Assembly: GCA_044222185.1 (NCBI GenBank) | Contig: JBGANV010000003.1 | Location: 224,001 to 288,000 of the forward strand | Reading direction: 5' to 3' | Length of the DNA: 64,000 nt | DNA from: Planctomycetota bacterium | GTDB taxonomy: Bacteria > Planctomycetota > GCA-002687715 > CAIWVZ01 | Translations under genes and position numbers: made by a program | Notes under the pieces: model-generated | The model's database searches: none | Told to the model about the DNA's origin: nothing | Seen by the model: the letters and a program-made list of their open reading frames with translations, nothing else | Shown here: piece by piece, positions 1 through 10,772 of the stretch | Numbering within the stretch: the stretch's first letter is position 1 | Layout of the letters: every line of letters begins with the position of its first letter

Positions 1-1
1 G

Positions 2-616
2 GCCCTCCCCGGCATTCCGTCGATCCCCTGCTACGACGTGGAGATCCACCCGCAGATCACGAACTGGCTTTATGTGGGGACCGAACTCGGCGTCCTCACG
101 AGCGAGAACGGTGGCCTCACGTGGTCCGTGCCGAACGACGGGCCGGCGAACACCCCGGTCTATGAATTGTTCTGGAACAACGGCTCGCTGTATGCCGTGA
201 CCTACGGCCGCGGGATTTATCGACAGGCGCCCATTCTGGGCTTCGAGTTGGAGGCCTACACGTCGGGCAACGGGACGGGGGACCTCACGGTCCAGTTGCA
301 CAACATCCCCGCAGGCATGGCCGAGGGATTCGTGCTCGCGAGCTTGACGACGACCACGCCGATCGGCGGCGGAGCCCTCTTCGGGATCACGCTCGACGCG
401 ATCACCCTGAGCCTCGCCTCGACTCCCGCATCGCCGACGAACCCGCTGCACTTCGTTCCACCACTGGTTCCGGGTACGCCGCCGGCCAGCGCGTCGGTCT
501 TCCCTGCCGGCGCGGTGGGGCTGCCAGCGGGCACCACAGTGGACCTGGTCGGCGTGGTGTTCACACCGGGGCTCGTCTTCCTCGACCAGACCGCGGTCGT
601 GCGGCTGACGTTCTGA
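2..616 (+). CDS. Partial (5'-truncated) BNR/Asp-box beta-propeller secreted protein with shared C-terminal domain
   Basis: Frame open from position 2 (ALPGIPSIPCYDV...). LYVGTELGVLTSENGGLTW Asp-box and ATYGRGIY propeller end, then a ~125-aa Gly/Pro-rich C-terminal domain. Confidence 0.7.
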   Translation, partial: ALPGIPSIPCYDVEIHPQITNWLYVGTELGVLTSENGGLTWSVPNDGPANTPVYELFWNNGSLYAVTYGRGIYRQAPILGFELEAYTSGNGTGDLTVQLHNIPAGMAEGFVLASLTTTTPIGGGALFGITLDAITLSLASTPASPTNPLHFVPPLVPGTPPASASVFPAGAVGLPAGTTVDLVGVVFTPGLVFLDQTAVVRLTF

Positions 617-1003
617 CGCGCGAATCCAACCGCCCGGCGGCAGCGCCGCCGCGCGGATCATCGGCGGACGCGGCGCGCCGGTCAGAGGCGAGAAACAAGC
701 GCGGCCAGGCCGACCGGCCGACGTAGAGCGCGCTCGCGCGTCGATGGGATCGGGCGCGCGGCGGCGATCTCGCGGCGCACGGCGCATGATGTTTCGGTGA
801 CCGTTGCGAGACGCGCGGCGATCCGATCGTTTCCCGCCAGACCGGCCGATTCCCCGCGCTCCGCCGCGGCGCGCCCAGTGGCCCCCACCGGCGCGATCGT
901 CATCGCGCGCCACGCTCACGGCGCGACGATCCGCGATCGAGAAAACGAATCGAGCCCGCACCGGCGCGTGGCATCGGAGCGGGCTCGGTCGACTGGGATC
1001 AGA

Positions 1004-2824
1004 TCAGAGCGAGAGGAACGTGCGGTCCGGATTGCTCGGGTCCTGAGCGAGGAAGCCCTGCAGCTGCACGTTCGTGATGAAGTTCACCGTGACGCGCATG
1101 CCGGCATAGGCGGCACCGTTGTGGGCATTCGGCGCGACGCCGGCGCCCGGCGCGTCAGCGAACGCGTCGAACACGAAGTCGTCCGTAGGCCCGTCGAACA
1201 TCGAGCCGCTCAGGTTGAAGTTCCACGCCATCGTCCGGAACGTCCCGGCGTTCGTCCCGACGTTCGTGCCCGTGTAGTAGATGAAGTTCTGCCCGGCCGG
1301 CGGGGCGGGGCTGCAGGTCACGAGCGTATTCGTGGCCGTCGGGACACACCCGGTGACCGCGATGCAGTTCTCGCGATAGGCGGTCGAGCACTGGAGCGTG
1401 CCGCCCGAGTTCGTGACGTTGTTCGTGTAGAACTCGTAGGGAAGCGTCGGGTTGGAATTCACGAAATCGAGTTCGATCGACGAGATCGGGATCGTGCCCG
1501 TGTTCCGCATTCTCCAGAACCCGGTGACCTGGAGGTTGCTGACGCCCTTCGCCTCGAAGCTGAAGTGCTCGCCGGGAATGCCGGGGTCATAGACCAGCTT
1601 GGCGGGGTTCGACGTTCCGGCGTAGAGCGGATAGCCCGGATCCAACGCGATGGACTGCAGGAAGAGGGAATCGCCTGGCGTGAAGAAGGGCGCGGGCACG
1701 GGGATGATCACGCCGGGGCTGGTCCCATAGTTCGCTGCGATGGGGATGTTCACCGCAGCAACACCGATCGACGTCAGGTGAAGCGAATCCGGGAACTCGA
1801 TCGCGGCGCCGATGGGCGTGGAGAAACCGTTGCAGACCTGGAGACCGGCGACGGACTGCCCGCCGAAGCTCGTCGAGCAGGTCGGGCTGAGGCCTCCCTG
1901 GTTGTAGTTCAGGAGCACGCTGTACGGCGATCCAGGCAGCCCTGGCGAGTTCGCGGTCCACGTCACCAGCGTTCCGTCCGTGAAACGCTTCTCGCGCTTG
2001 TCTTCCGGATCGCCGTTGATCGACGTCGTCAGGTTGTGCTGGTTCACGACGCCGTCGAACCGCCCGTAACACTTCTGCGGCAGGTTCGGCGCGGCAAGTT
2101 GCGTGTTGTAGTCCGCGAGGACCTGGGCCGGCGTGCGATACACGGTCCAGAACTGGAACTCGTCGTATTCGCCCGGCATGGCGTTGCTCGATGACCCGTT
2201 GTACCCAGCGAACGTCAGGTTCGTGAGCGAGTGATTGAGGGCCGCCGTCTGCGCGAACGTGCCGTTGAGAACGCCGTTCACGTACACGTAGATGGTTCCG
2301 AACGTGCTTGCCGTCGGGTCATACGCGAACGTGACGTGCGTCGCGACTCCGACCGTCAACACGCCGGGTGCCGTGCTCGCAGCGCCGCCGGGCGTCGGTG
2401 CGGTGAACGGCTGGTTGGGGAATCCCCGGAGGACCAGGTTGTTGTTGTTCGAGTTGTTGCCGTTCGTGAACGTCCGGAACGGACCGTTCGCCGCGTCGAA
2501 GACTGCCGTCGAATCACCCAGCAGGTAAGCCAGTGAGCTGACGGCGAGGGCCGCCGGGCGGATCCAGTACTCCATCGTCCACGGGCCACTCAGCGCGTAC
2601 GCCACACCCGTGTTGATGTAGGAGAGGTTCGCGGACCCGGCCGCACGCGTCAGTGCACCGGCACCGAGAATGGGTGCCGTCGCGTTGGGTGACACGAGCC
2701 CGCCCTGGGTCGTCATGACCTGCAGGTTCGGTGACGTTCCTTCGTTGAAATAGCCCTGCCCGAAGCCGCTCGCGGCCAACAGCACGGCTGCGCTCGAGAG
2801 CACCAGAAGCTTCCTGGTCTTCAT
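1004..2824 (-). CDS. Secreted LamG/concanavalin A-like jelly-roll domain protein
   Basis: Signal peptide MKTRKLLVLSSAAVLLAASGFG. LamG-like motifs WTMEYWIRP, THVTFAYD, YVYVNGVL, GEYDEFQFW. Confidence 0.7.
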   Translation of the reverse strand: MKTRKLLVLSSAAVLLAASGFGQGYFNEGTSPNLQVMTTQGGLVSPNATAPILGAGALTRAAGSANLSYINTGVAYALSGPWTMEYWIRPAALAVSSLAYLLGDSTAVFDAANGPFRTFTNGNNSNNNNLVLRGFPNQPFTAPTPGGAASTAPGVLTVGVATHVTFAYDPTASTFGTIYVYVNGVLNGTFAQTAALNHSLTNLTFAGYNGSSSNAMPGEYDEFQFWTVYRTPAQVLADYNTQLAAPNLPQKCYGRFDGVVNQHNLTTSINGDPEDKREKRFTDGTLVTWTANSPGLPGSPYSVLLNYNQGGLSPTCSTSFGGQSVAGLQVCNGFSTPIGAAIEFPDSLHLTSIGVAAVNIPIAANYGTSPGVIIPVPAPFFTPGDSLFLQSIALDPGYPLYAGTSNPAKLVYDPGIPGEHFSFEAKGVSNLQVTGFWRMRNTGTIPISSIELDFVNSNPTLPYEFYTNNVTNSGGTLQCSTAYRENCIAVTGCVPTATNTLVTCSPAPPAGQNFIYYTGTNVGTNAGTFRTMAWNFNLSGSMFDGPTDDFVFDAFADAPGAGVAPNAHNGAAYAGMRVTVNFITNVQLQGFLAQDPSNPDRTFLSL

Positions 2825-3076
2825 GCTGCGTTCGCTCCTCGGAACGGGATGATGATCCCGCCCGTCGACTCACGTCTCGTTTGCAACACTTGGGCGCGGC
2901 GCGCTCCGCCGCCCCGTCACGGCACGTGACCAGCCGAACACCAAGCCCGGCTGGCCGGAGACAGACCTTAGGCCCGCCTTGGCCGCGATGTCAACGGTTC
3001 TCACTGGAAAGGCGCGGCGGGTCGCAGCGCCCAGGTCCAGCGGGCGAGCCGTCCTGACGTTCCGGCGGCCGCCGGT

Positions 3077-3634
3077 TCAGAACATCCCGAGTTTCAGCTT
3101 CGCCGCGTCGGTCATCATGTCCCGGGTCCAGGCCGGCTCGAACACGACCTCGGCCTTCGCATCCCTGACTCCGGGGATGGATTTCAGCTTCGTCTCCACC
3201 TCTTTCTGGAGGACCCCGCCCATACCGCACCCCGGCGCCGTCAGCGTGAACTTCACGTCGGCGCGAAAGCCCCCACCGTCGACCTCCGCCACCGCGTTCT
3301 GGTAGACGAGTCCGAGCTCGACGATGTTGACTGGGATTTCGGGGTCGTAGCAGGTCCGCAGCTGGTCCCAGGCGGCCTTCTCGACGGCCGCCTTGTCCGT
3401 CAGCGGAACGACGGGGGGCGCGTCCTTCGGCGCGTCGACGTCACCGAGCGCGTCGGCGTCCCGACCCTCGATCCGCACGAGGAGGCCAAGCTCGGTGACG
3501 ACGGTGTAGCTGCCGCCCAACGCCTGGGTGACCGTCACCTTGGAACCGCTCGGGAGCGACGTCAGCCCGCCGTACGGAATCTGCGTCGCCTCGACGGTGC
3601 GTCGGAGTTCGATGCGCTCGTTGAGTTTGATCAT
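3077..3634 (-). CDS. sufT: Fe-S cluster assembly protein SufT (DUF59/PaaD-like)
   Basis: CYDPEIPVNIVELGLVY and TLTAPGCGMG motifs, N-terminal TQALGGSYTV extension; last gene of the suf operon. Alternative GTG start at 3673 overlaps the sufU stop. Confidence 0.9.
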   Translation of the reverse strand: MIKLNERIELRRTVEATQIPYGGLTSLPSGSKVTVTQALGGSYTVVTELGLLVRIEGRDADALGDVDAPKDAPPVVPLTDKAAVEKAAWDQLRTCYDPEIPVNIVELGLVYQNAVAEVDGGGFRADVKFTLTAPGCGMGGVLQKEVETKLKSIPGVRDAKAEVVFEPAWTRDMMTDAAKLKLGMF

Positions 3635-3669
3635 CTTCGTGGCTCTGGATTCGTCACCGACGCGGCCCG

Positions 3670-4113
3670 TCACTCGGTCGACACAGGATCGCTCGCACCA
3701 TCGAGCGCGGCTTTCAGCGTGTGCCACGCGAGGCTCGCACACTTCACGCGCGCCGGATAGTCGGAGACTCCGGCGAACGCCTGCAGCTTGCCCATGTCGT
3801 CACCCGTGACGCCGTGCCCGGTCACCATGGCGTGAAACCGCTCGAACAGCTCCTGGGCGGCGGCGCGGGTCTTCCCCTTCACGGCCGCGGTCATCATCGA
3901 CGCCGACGCCTTCGAGATTGCGCAGCCGTTCCCTTCGAAGCGGACGTCCCCCACGGTCTCGCCATCCATCTTCACGAAGATGGTGAGGTGGTCACCGCAA
4001 AGCGGATTGCGGCCGTCGACGCGACGATCCGCATCGGGAATGCTGCCGTAGTTCCGCGGCCGCTTGTAATGGTCGAGGATCACTTCCTGGTAGAGGTCCG
4101 ACAGGTCCGACAT
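3670..4113 (-). CDS. sufU: SUF system NifU-family Fe-S assembly protein SufU
   Basis: LYQEVILDHYKRPRN, NPLCGD, GCAISKASASMM, RVKCASLAW. TGATG overlap with sufS. Confidence 0.95.
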   Translation of the reverse strand: MSDLSDLYQEVILDHYKRPRNYGSIPDADRRVDGRNPLCGDHLTIFVKMDGETVGDVRFEGNGCAISKASASMMTAAVKGKTRAAAQELFERFHAMVTGHGVTGDDMGKLQAFAGVSDYPARVKCASLAWHTLKAALDGASDPVSTE

Positions 4114-5378
4114 CAGCCAAACACCTCGATTGCCTTCGTCACCGCCGCGGCCAGTGCATCGACGTCCGAACGTGCGTTGTAGAACGCGAACGACGCCCGC
4201 GCCGTGGCCGGAATCCCGAGCCTCGTCATCACCGGCTGCGCGCAGTGATGCCCCGCGCGGATCGCGACGCCGCGATCGTCGAGAATCGTGCCGATGTCGT
4301 GGGGATGGATCCCATCGATCGTGAACGAGAGGACGCTTGCCTTGTGCGAGGCCGTCCCCACCACGCGCACTCCGGGAAGGGCCGAGAGCTGCGCCGTCGC
4401 ATCGCGGAGGAGTTCCGCCTCCCACGCCGCGGCGCGCGGGAGTCCCAGGGACTGGAGGTACTCGATCGCGACTCCGAGGCCGATCGCACCGCTGATGTGC
4501 GGTGTCCCCGCCTCGAACTTGTGTGGGAGCTCGTTGAACTCCGTGTGCTCGAACGAGACGGAGCGGATCATGTCGCCTCCGCCCTGCCAGGGCGGCATCG
4601 ATTCGAGCAGCGCGCGCTTGCCGTAGAGGATCCCGATGCCCGTGGGCGCGTAGAGCTTGTGGCCCGAGAACACGTAGAAGTCCGCGTCCAACGCCTGGAC
4701 GTCCACGGGAATGTGCGCGACCGCCTGGGCCCCATCCACGAGGACGCATGCACCGTGGTGCCGCGCCGCAGCGATGATCCGCGGGAGGTCGTTCACCGTG
4801 CCGAGGGCGTTCGAGACGTGTCCGACGGCGACGAGCTTCGTCCGTGACGTGATGACGCCGTCGAGACCGTCCAGGATGAGTTCGCCCGAGTCGCGCATGG
4901 GGATCACGCGGAGCGTGGCGCCCGTCGCACCACACAGCATCTGCCACGGCACGATGTTGGCGTGATGCTCGAGCGCCGACACGACGATCTCATCGCCGCT
5001 GCGGACGTTCGCTCGCCCCCAGGACTGCGCCACGAGGTTGATGCCCTCGGTGGCGCCGCGGACGTAGATGACCTCGCGAACGTCCTTCGCGTTCAGGAAC
5101 TTCCGCACGGTCTCCCGAGCAGCCTCGTACTTCTCCGTCGCAAGCTGACTCAGATAGTGGACGCCGCGATGGATGTTGGCGTTCTCCGCCTCGTAGTAGT
5201 GCCGAACGGCGTCGATCACGCAGCGCGGCTTCTGAGTCGTGGCGGCGTTGTCGAGATACACGAGCGGGTGCCCGTGGACGCGCGTGGCGAGGATCGGGAA
5301 ATCCGCCCGCGCCTTCGGAAGGTCGAACTCGGGCCGCACGAGCGCCGATCGGCTGCGGTCGTCCTGGACTGTGCTCAT
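4113..5378 (-). CDS. sufS: Cysteine desulfurase SufS
   Basis: YLDNAATTQKP, FSGHKLYAPTG (PLP Lys), RAGHHCAQP (catalytic Cys). ATG 5378 overlaps the sufD stop. Confidence 0.96.
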   Translation of the reverse strand: MSTVQDDRSRSALVRPEFDLPKARADFPILATRVHGHPLVYLDNAATTQKPRCVIDAVRHYYEAENANIHRGVHYLSQLATEKYEAARETVRKFLNAKDVREVIYVRGATEGINLVAQSWGRANVRSGDEIVVSALEHHANIVPWQMLCGATGATLRVIPMRDSGELILDGLDGVITSRTKLVAVGHVSNALGTVNDLPRIIAAARHHGACVLVDGAQAVAHIPVDVQALDADFYVFSGHKLYAPTGIGILYGKRALLESMPPWQGGGDMIRSVSFEHTEFNELPHKFEAGTPHISGAIGLGVAIEYLQSLGLPRAAAWEAELLRDATAQLSALPGVRVVGTASHKASVLSFTIDGIHPHDIGTILDDRGVAIRAGHHCAQPVMTRLGIPATARASFAFYNARSDVDALAAAVTKAIEVFG

Positions 5379-6712
5379 ACGGCACCAGACCCTGCCGGGG
5401 ACGCCGGCACCATCGTGAGCAGACATCCGCCGAGCTGGGCCCGGATCGGATCGAGTTTCACCTGGTCGAGGATCTCGCTCGCGAACGCGTGGATGAGCAG
5501 CCGCCGAGCCTCGTCCTCGGCGATACCGCGCGAGCGCAGGTAGAAGAGCATGTTCATGTCGAGCTGGCCGATCGTCGCACCGTGCTTGCACTTCACGTCG
5601 TCGGCGTAGATCTCGAGTTCGGGCTTGGTGTTGATCGTGGCGGCGTCCGACAAAAGGAGGTTCTTGTTCTCCTGAACGGCATCCGTCTTCTGCGCGCCGG
5701 GGCGGACGACGACCTTCCCGTTGAACACTGCGCGCGCCTCGCCGCCGAGGACGCCCTTGTACGACTGCCGGCTCGTCCCATGCGGCGTCGCATGCTCGAT
5801 GGTCGTGTGCGTATCCGTCAGTTGGTTGCCGGTCACCTCATAAAGGCCGTTGAGCGTGCACTCGGCGCCTTCGCCATTCAGCACGGAGTGGATCTCGTCC
5901 CGTGCGATGGCACCGCCGAAGGCGATCGAGTGCGACTGGAACCGGCTCGATCGGGCCTGGTGAACGTGGAGTGACGCGACGTGGTACGCGGCGTTGCTCT
6001 CGCGCTGGAGCTTGTAGCGGTCGACGGACGCGTCCTGTCCGAGAATGACCTCGGTCACCGCGTTGGTGAAGTAGACGTCGTGACCCGCGCTGACGTAGCT
6101 CTGGACGATGGTCGCCGATGCACCGTCCTCGACGACGACCAACGCGCGCGGATGCGTGACGATCGACTCGCCGGTCGGCGCCGCGATGAAGAGGAGGTGG
6201 ATCGGCTCGGAGCACGTCATGCCCCGGGGGATTCGGATCAACGCTCCGTCACCGAAGAACGCGGTGTTCAACGCGACGAAGGAATTCATGTCGAACCCGG
6301 CATGGCGTCCCAGGTGCTTTGCGAGGAGGGCGGGCTCGGATTCGAGCACGGCGGAGAGATTCTGTGCGCGGGCCCCGTCCGGCAATCCGATGACGCTCGA
6401 CAGCTCGGGAGCGAAACGGCCGTTGACGAACGTGAGCTGGCAGGCGCGGAGAGGTCCGTCCGCGAGCGTCGTGAGCGATCGCGGATCTGGGCGCCGCGTC
6501 GGCAGGTGGAACGAACCCTCGATCAGTCGCGTGATGTCGGTGAATCGCCACTCCTCGTCGTGCGACCAGTCGGGGAAACCGATCTCGCGGAAGCGATCGA
6601 TCGCCGATTCGCGCAACGCCTGGAGCCACGTGAGCGCCGCGCCCGGTGCGTTGTGTCCGGCCTTGATGAAGTCGGCAACGTAAGCGCCGCGGTTGTCGAG
6701 TGCCGTCGTCAT
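5375..6712 (-). CDS. sufD: Fe-S cluster assembly protein SufD
   Basis: [56 protein letters not shown] overlap with sufC. Confidence 0.95.
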   Translation of the reverse strand: MTTALDNRGAYVADFIKAGHNAPGAALTWLQALRESAIDRFREIGFPDWSHDEEWRFTDITRLIEGSFHLPTRRPDPRSLTTLADGPLRACQLTFVNGRFAPELSSVIGLPDGARAQNLSAVLESEPALLAKHLGRHAGFDMNSFVALNTAFFGDGALIRIPRGMTCSEPIHLLFIAAPTGESIVTHPRALVVVEDGASATIVQSYVSAGHDVYFTNAVTEVILGQDASVDRYKLQRESNAAYHVASLHVHQARSSRFQSHSIAFGGAIARDEIHSVLNGEGAECTLNGLYEVTGNQLTDTHTTIEHATPHGTSRQSYKGVLGGEARAVFNGKVVVRPGAQKTDAVQENKNLLLSDAATINTKPELEIYADDVKCKHGATIGQLDMNMLFYLRSRGIAEDEARRLLIHAFASEILDQVKLDPIRAQLGGCLLTMVPASPAGSGAV

Positions 6713-7482
6713 TTCGCGGCCACCGGTTGTTGGGCCTGCTGCTCGATCCACCCGTAGCCGTGCTTCTCGAGCTCGAGCGCCAATTCCTTGCCGCCGGAAC
6801 GCACGATCCGGCCCTGGAACAGGACGTGGACGACGTCGGGAACGATGTAGTCGAGCAGCCGCTGGTAATGCGTGACGACGATCATCGCGCGATCCTTCGA
6901 CCGCAGCGAGTTCACCCCGCCCGCCACGATGCGGAGGGCGTCGATGTCCAGTCCCGAATCGGTCTCGTCCAGGATCGCAAGCCTGGGTTCCAGGACGGCC
7001 ATCTGGAGAACCTCGTTTCGTTTCTTCTCCCCGCCCGAGAAGCCCTCGTTCACCGGTCGGTTGACGAGCGACTCCTTCATCTCGACGAGCTTGGCCTTCT
7101 CGCGCATGAGCGCAAGGAAGTCGACGGCGTCGAGTTCCTCGAGCCCGCGGTGCTTGCGGATCGAGTTGAGCGCTGCCCGCAGGAAGTACGCGTTGCTGAC
7201 GCCAGGGATCTCGACCGGGTACTGGAATGCGAGGAAGACGCCCTCGCGAGCACGGACCTCGGGCGACATCTCGAGGAGGTTCTTGCCCTGGTACGTCGCC
7301 GATCCGGACGTGACGGCATATCCGTCCTTGCCGGCGAGGACGTTGGCGAGCGTGCTCTTCCCCGATCCGTTCGGGCCCATGATCGCGTGGACCTCTCCGG
7401 CGCGGACGGTGAGATCGAGGCCCTTCAGGATGGGTTTTTGGTCCGCGGTGACGCTCACGTGCAGATTCTTGACTTCGAGCAT
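6709..7482 (-). CDS. sufC: Fe-S cluster assembly ATPase SufC
   Basis: GPNGSGKST Walker [32 protein letters not shown]. Confidence 0.97.
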   Translation of the reverse strand: MLEVKNLHVSVTADQKPILKGLDLTVRAGEVHAIMGPNGSGKSTLANVLAGKDGYAVTSGSATYQGKNLLEMSPEVRAREGVFLAFQYPVEIPGVSNAYFLRAALNSIRKHRGLEELDAVDFLALMREKAKLVEMKESLVNRPVNEGFSGGEKKRNEVLQMAVLEPRLAILDETDSGLDIDALRIVAGGVNSLRSKDRAMIVVTHYQRLLDYIVPDVVHVLFQGRIVRSGGKELALELEKHGYGWIEQQAQQPVAAK

Positions 7483-7484
7483 GC

Positions 7485-8930
7485 TCAGCCCACACTCCCT
7501 TCGAGGCTCACCGACAGGAGCTTCTGGGCTTCGACGGCGAACTCCATGGGCAGCTCCTTGAAGACGCGCTTGCAAAATCCGTTCACGATCATCGAGACCG
7601 CATCCTCCGTCGACAGCCCGCGCTGACGCGCATAGAAGAGCTGGTCCTCCCCGATCTTCGACGTCGAGGCTTCGTGCTCCACCTGGGCCGTCGTGTTCTT
7701 CACTTCCAGGTACGGGAACGTGTGAGCTCCGCACTTGTCGCCCATGAGGAGCGAGTCGCATTGGGAGTAGTTCCGCGCACCCTCGGCGCTCTTCATGATC
7801 TTCACGGCGCCCCGGTACGTGTTCTGGCCGTGGCCCGCCGAGATTCCCTTGGAGACGATCGTGGATCGGGTGTTGCGGCCGACGTGGACCATCTTCGTCC
7901 CCGTGTCGGCCTGCTGGCGGTTGTTCGCCAGTGCCACCGAGTAGAACTCGCCGACGGAGTCGTCGCCCTGGAGGATCACGCTCGGGTACTTCCACGTGAT
8001 CGCCGACCCCGTTTCCACCTGCGTCCAGGAGATGCGTGAGTTGCGGCCACGGCAGGCACCGCGCTTCGTGACGAAGTTGTAGATGCCGCCCTTCCCGTCC
8101 TTGTCTCCCGGATACCAGTTCTGGACGGTCGAGTACTTGATCTGGGCGTCGTTCAGGGCCACCAGTTCCACGACGGCGGCGTGAAGCTGGTTCTTGTCGC
8201 GCATGGGCGCCGTGCAGCCTTCGAGGTAGCTGACGTACGCTCCGTCTTCGGCGACGATCAGCGTGCGCTCGAACTGCCCCGTGTCCGCGGCGTTGATGCG
8301 GAAGTACGTCGACAGCTCCATGGGACAGCGGACGCCCTTCGGGATGAAGCAGAACGACCCGTCGCTGAACACGGCCGAGTTCAGCGCGGCGAAGAAGTTG
8401 TCCGTGTAGGGAACGACGCTGCCGAGGTACTGCTTGATCAGCTCGGGATGGTTGTGCACCGCCTCGCTGAACGAACAGAAGATGACGCCCATCTCGGCGA
8501 GCTTGCCCTTGAACGTGGTCGCGACCGACACGCTGTCGAAGACCGCATCGACCGCGACTCCTTGCAGGCGCTTCTGCTCGTCCAGCGAGATGCCGAGCTT
8601 CTCGTAGGTCTTCAGGACCTCCGGGTCGACCTCGTCCAGGCTCTTCGGGCCGTCCTTCTTCGCCTTCGGCGCCGAGTAGTACACGATGTCCTGGTAGTCG
8701 ATGCGCGGGTAATGGACCTTCGCCCAGGTCGGCTCGGTCATCTTCTTCCAATGACGAAACGCCTTCAGGCGCCACTCGAGGAGGAACGGTGGCTCGTTCT
8801 TCTTGGCCGAGATCAGCCTGACGACGTCCTCGTCGAGGCCCTTCGGGATCGCGTCCGCCTCGACCGACGTCACGAACCCGTACTGGTATTCGCGCGTGGT
8901 GAGCTGTTCGAGCGTCTTGTCGTCGTTCAT
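7485..8930 (-). CDS. sufB: Fe-S cluster assembly protein SufB
   Basis: [53 protein letters not shown]. Confidence 0.97.
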   Translation of the reverse strand: MNDDKTLEQLTTREYQYGFVTSVEADAIPKGLDEDVVRLISAKKNEPPFLLEWRLKAFRHWKKMTEPTWAKVHYPRIDYQDIVYYSAPKAKKDGPKSLDEVDPEVLKTYEKLGISLDEQKRLQGVAVDAVFDSVSVATTFKGKLAEMGVIFCSFSEAVHNHPELIKQYLGSVVPYTDNFFAALNSAVFSDGSFCFIPKGVRCPMELSTYFRINAADTGQFERTLIVAEDGAYVSYLEGCTAPMRDKNQLHAAVVELVALNDAQIKYSTVQNWYPGDKDGKGGIYNFVTKRGACRGRNSRISWTQVETGSAITWKYPSVILQGDDSVGEFYSVALANNRQQADTGTKMVHVGRNTRSTIVSKGISAGHGQNTYRGAVKIMKSAEGARNYSQCDSLLMGDKCGAHTFPYLEVKNTTAQVEHEASTSKIGEDQLFYARQRGLSTEDAVSMIVNGFCKRVFKELPMEFAVEAQKLLSVSLEGSVG

Positions 8931-8944
8931 CGGAGTGCCGTCCG

Positions 8945-9412
8945 TCAGACCGAGAGAGTGCGCGACGCGAGATCCAGCCGGATGGACGTCGCGTCACCGT
9001 CGTGGGGACCCGTGTCGTTGATCATGTCCGCGAGCGTGATCCCATCGAGCGCGACCTCGACCGCCTGGTTGATCCGGCGCCAGGCGGCACTGACCGCGCA
9101 GGACTGCTCGAAATCGCAGGTGCCGGCGTCAGCGCCGCTGCACTCCGTGATCGCGATCGGTCCCTCGAGGGCCCGAAGGATCGAGGTGAGCCGGATTTCC
9201 TCAGGTGGCCGGGTCAGGCAGAACCCCCCTTTCACCCCGCGGTGTGCGCTGAGGAGGCCGTTGCGGGCCAGGAGCTTGAGGACCTTGCTGACGGACGGCA
9301 GGGGCAGCCGGGTCTCCCGCGCCAGGTCCCTGGCGCTGTGCTGTTTGGGGCTGCGGACGAACTGCGCCAGAAGCATCACGGCGTAGTCGGTCAACCGGGT
9401 CATGCGGATCAT
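8945..9412 (-). CDS. Rrf2-family SUF system regulator
   Basis: [11 protein letters not shown] start, RGVKGGF wing, three Cys (ITECS...TCDFEQSC); first gene of the suf operon. Confidence 0.92.
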   Translation of the reverse strand: MIRMTRLTDYAVMLLAQFVRSPKQHSARDLARETRLPLPSVSKVLKLLARNGLLSAHRGVKGGFCLTRPPEEIRLTSILRALEGPIAITECSGADAGTCDFEQSCAVSAAWRRINQAVEVALDGITLADMINDTGPHDGDATSIRLDLASRTLSV

Positions 9413-9431
9413 GGATCACCTCGCGCGGACG

Positions 9432-9458
9432 AAAGAGTACAAACGCGGTCCTGATTAT
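9432..9458 (-). promoter_or_regulatory. Putative Rrf2 operator upstream of the suf operon
   Basis: Imperfect AT-rich palindrome, minus strand AATCAGGAC-CGCGTTT-GTACTCTT, about 20 nt upstream of the start. It overlaps a -10-like GATAAT, with TTGATC upstream. Confidence 0.5.
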
Positions 9459-9519
9459 CGGGGATCGTCGGCAGGATCAAGGCTTCGCCATCAATTTTCA
9501 TCCCGCGGATGCGTCGCAA

Positions 9520-10686
9520 CTACGGGGCTGGAGCGAGGACGCGTGTGAGGCCGCGAACGAAGGACGCGGGCTCACAAAGGAGGCTGACGACGCGCCAACC
9601 CGCGTCCGCGAAACCGTACAGCTCGCCGGGATGGACGAGGACGTGGTCGTCTCGCAGAAGCCTGGTGACGGATTCCCAATCCGGGGTCGTTGCCGGAACC
9701 CGAAAGACGGCGTGCCACCCCGCCTGCGGCGCCAGGAGCGTGGCCCACGGGGCCGCAGCGACGAGCCCCCGCAGCGCGTTCAGATTCTCCGAGAGCCGCG
9801 CACGGATGAGTTCACGCACCAGCGCTCCCCGCGCGAGGAGGTCGGCCGCGGCAACCTGCACCGAGGTCGATGCGGAAAGGTACTGGTCGTTGACGAATTC
9901 GAGGCGCTCGACGGCCTGGCCGACGAGCGCCGCAGGCCCCTCGACTGCGCACCAGCCGAGCTTCGCCTGCGGTAGCCCGACCGTCTTGGACAGCCCTCCG
10001 AGCCGGAACCACAACGCCTCCTTCGGCGGACGGCCAGCCCGCTCATGCGCAGGTGTGCGATCGTCGTGGTCGTAGTCGTCGAAGACCTCATCCAGGATGA
10101 CCGCTGCCCCGCTCCGCGCGGCCAACGCGTCGATCCACTGGGCGTCGTCCGGATGAAGCCGCGATCCCGTGGGGTTGTTGGGACTCACGAGAAGCACGGC
10201 GCGGCACCGGGCTGCCTCCAGATCCGGCACGCGCTCCCGAGCGACCATCCACCCACCCAGGCCGTCGAGCCAGAGGTCCACGACCTCCAACCCCTCCAAC
10301 CTCGCGAGGTGGTCGAAGAGCGGGTAGCTCGGCCGCGGCACGAGGACACCGTCGCCCGGGTCCGCCAGCAACTTGAAGAGAAGTGCGTAGGCCTCGCTCG
10401 TGCTCGCAAAGAGGAGGACCCTCTCTGCGTCGACGACGTGACCGCGGCGGGCGTAGTCCGCAGCCACGGCCTCCCGCGCACTCAGGAGCCCGGATGGGTC
10501 GGGAGCGTAGCGGAGCGCACGCGGATCGGACATGCCCGCGAGCAGGTCGGCCGGGTAGTCCAAACCGACCTGAGTTGGGTTCGTGGCCGTGAGATCGTCG
10601 AAGGCGGTGCCGGCGGCAACCAGCCGGCGGCGCACGACCTCCAACGCGTTGGGCGCGAACGATCGGGGTATGCGGTCGGAGAACAC
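9520..10686 (-). CDS. PLP-dependent aminotransferase class I/II
   Basis: PRPSYPLF, VSPNNPTG, ILDEVF, GGLSKT (PLP Lys). Confidence 0.9.
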   Translation of the reverse strand: MFSDRIPRSFAPNALEVVRRRLVAAGTAFDDLTATNPTQVGLDYPADLLAGMSDPRALRYAPDPSGLLSAREAVAADYARRGHVVDAERVLLFASTSEAYALLFKLLADPGDGVLVPRPSYPLFDHLARLEGLEVVDLWLDGLGGWMVARERVPDLEAARCRAVLLVSPNNPTGSRLHPDDAQWIDALAARSGAAVILDEVFDDYDHDDRTPAHERAGRPPKEALWFRLGGLSKTVGLPQAKLGWCAVEGPAALVGQAVERLEFVNDQYLSASTSVQVAAADLLARGALVRELIRARLSENLNALRGLVAAAPWATLLAPQAGWHAVFRVPATTPDWESVTRLLRDDHVLVHPGELYGFADAGWRVVSLLCEPASFVRGLTRVLAPAP

Positions 10687-10772
10687 GCCGCCATCTTCTC
10701 GCCGGCGCTCGTCGGAACAACGGGTCGCGTGATACGCTCGCCCCGCCTCCGCCCAGGCATCGGGAGTCCTCC

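Noticed and set aside
617-1003. GC-rich intergenic region with short palindromes, possible ncRNA or repeat
   Set aside because: No regular repeat unit or recognisable RNA family; pairing is expected by chance at this GC.
3670-8997. Apparent long N-terminal fusions on SufU, SufS, SufD and SufC in the ORF track
   Set aside because: Extensions overlap upstream genes in other frames; true starts are coupled to, or within a few nt of, the upstream stops.
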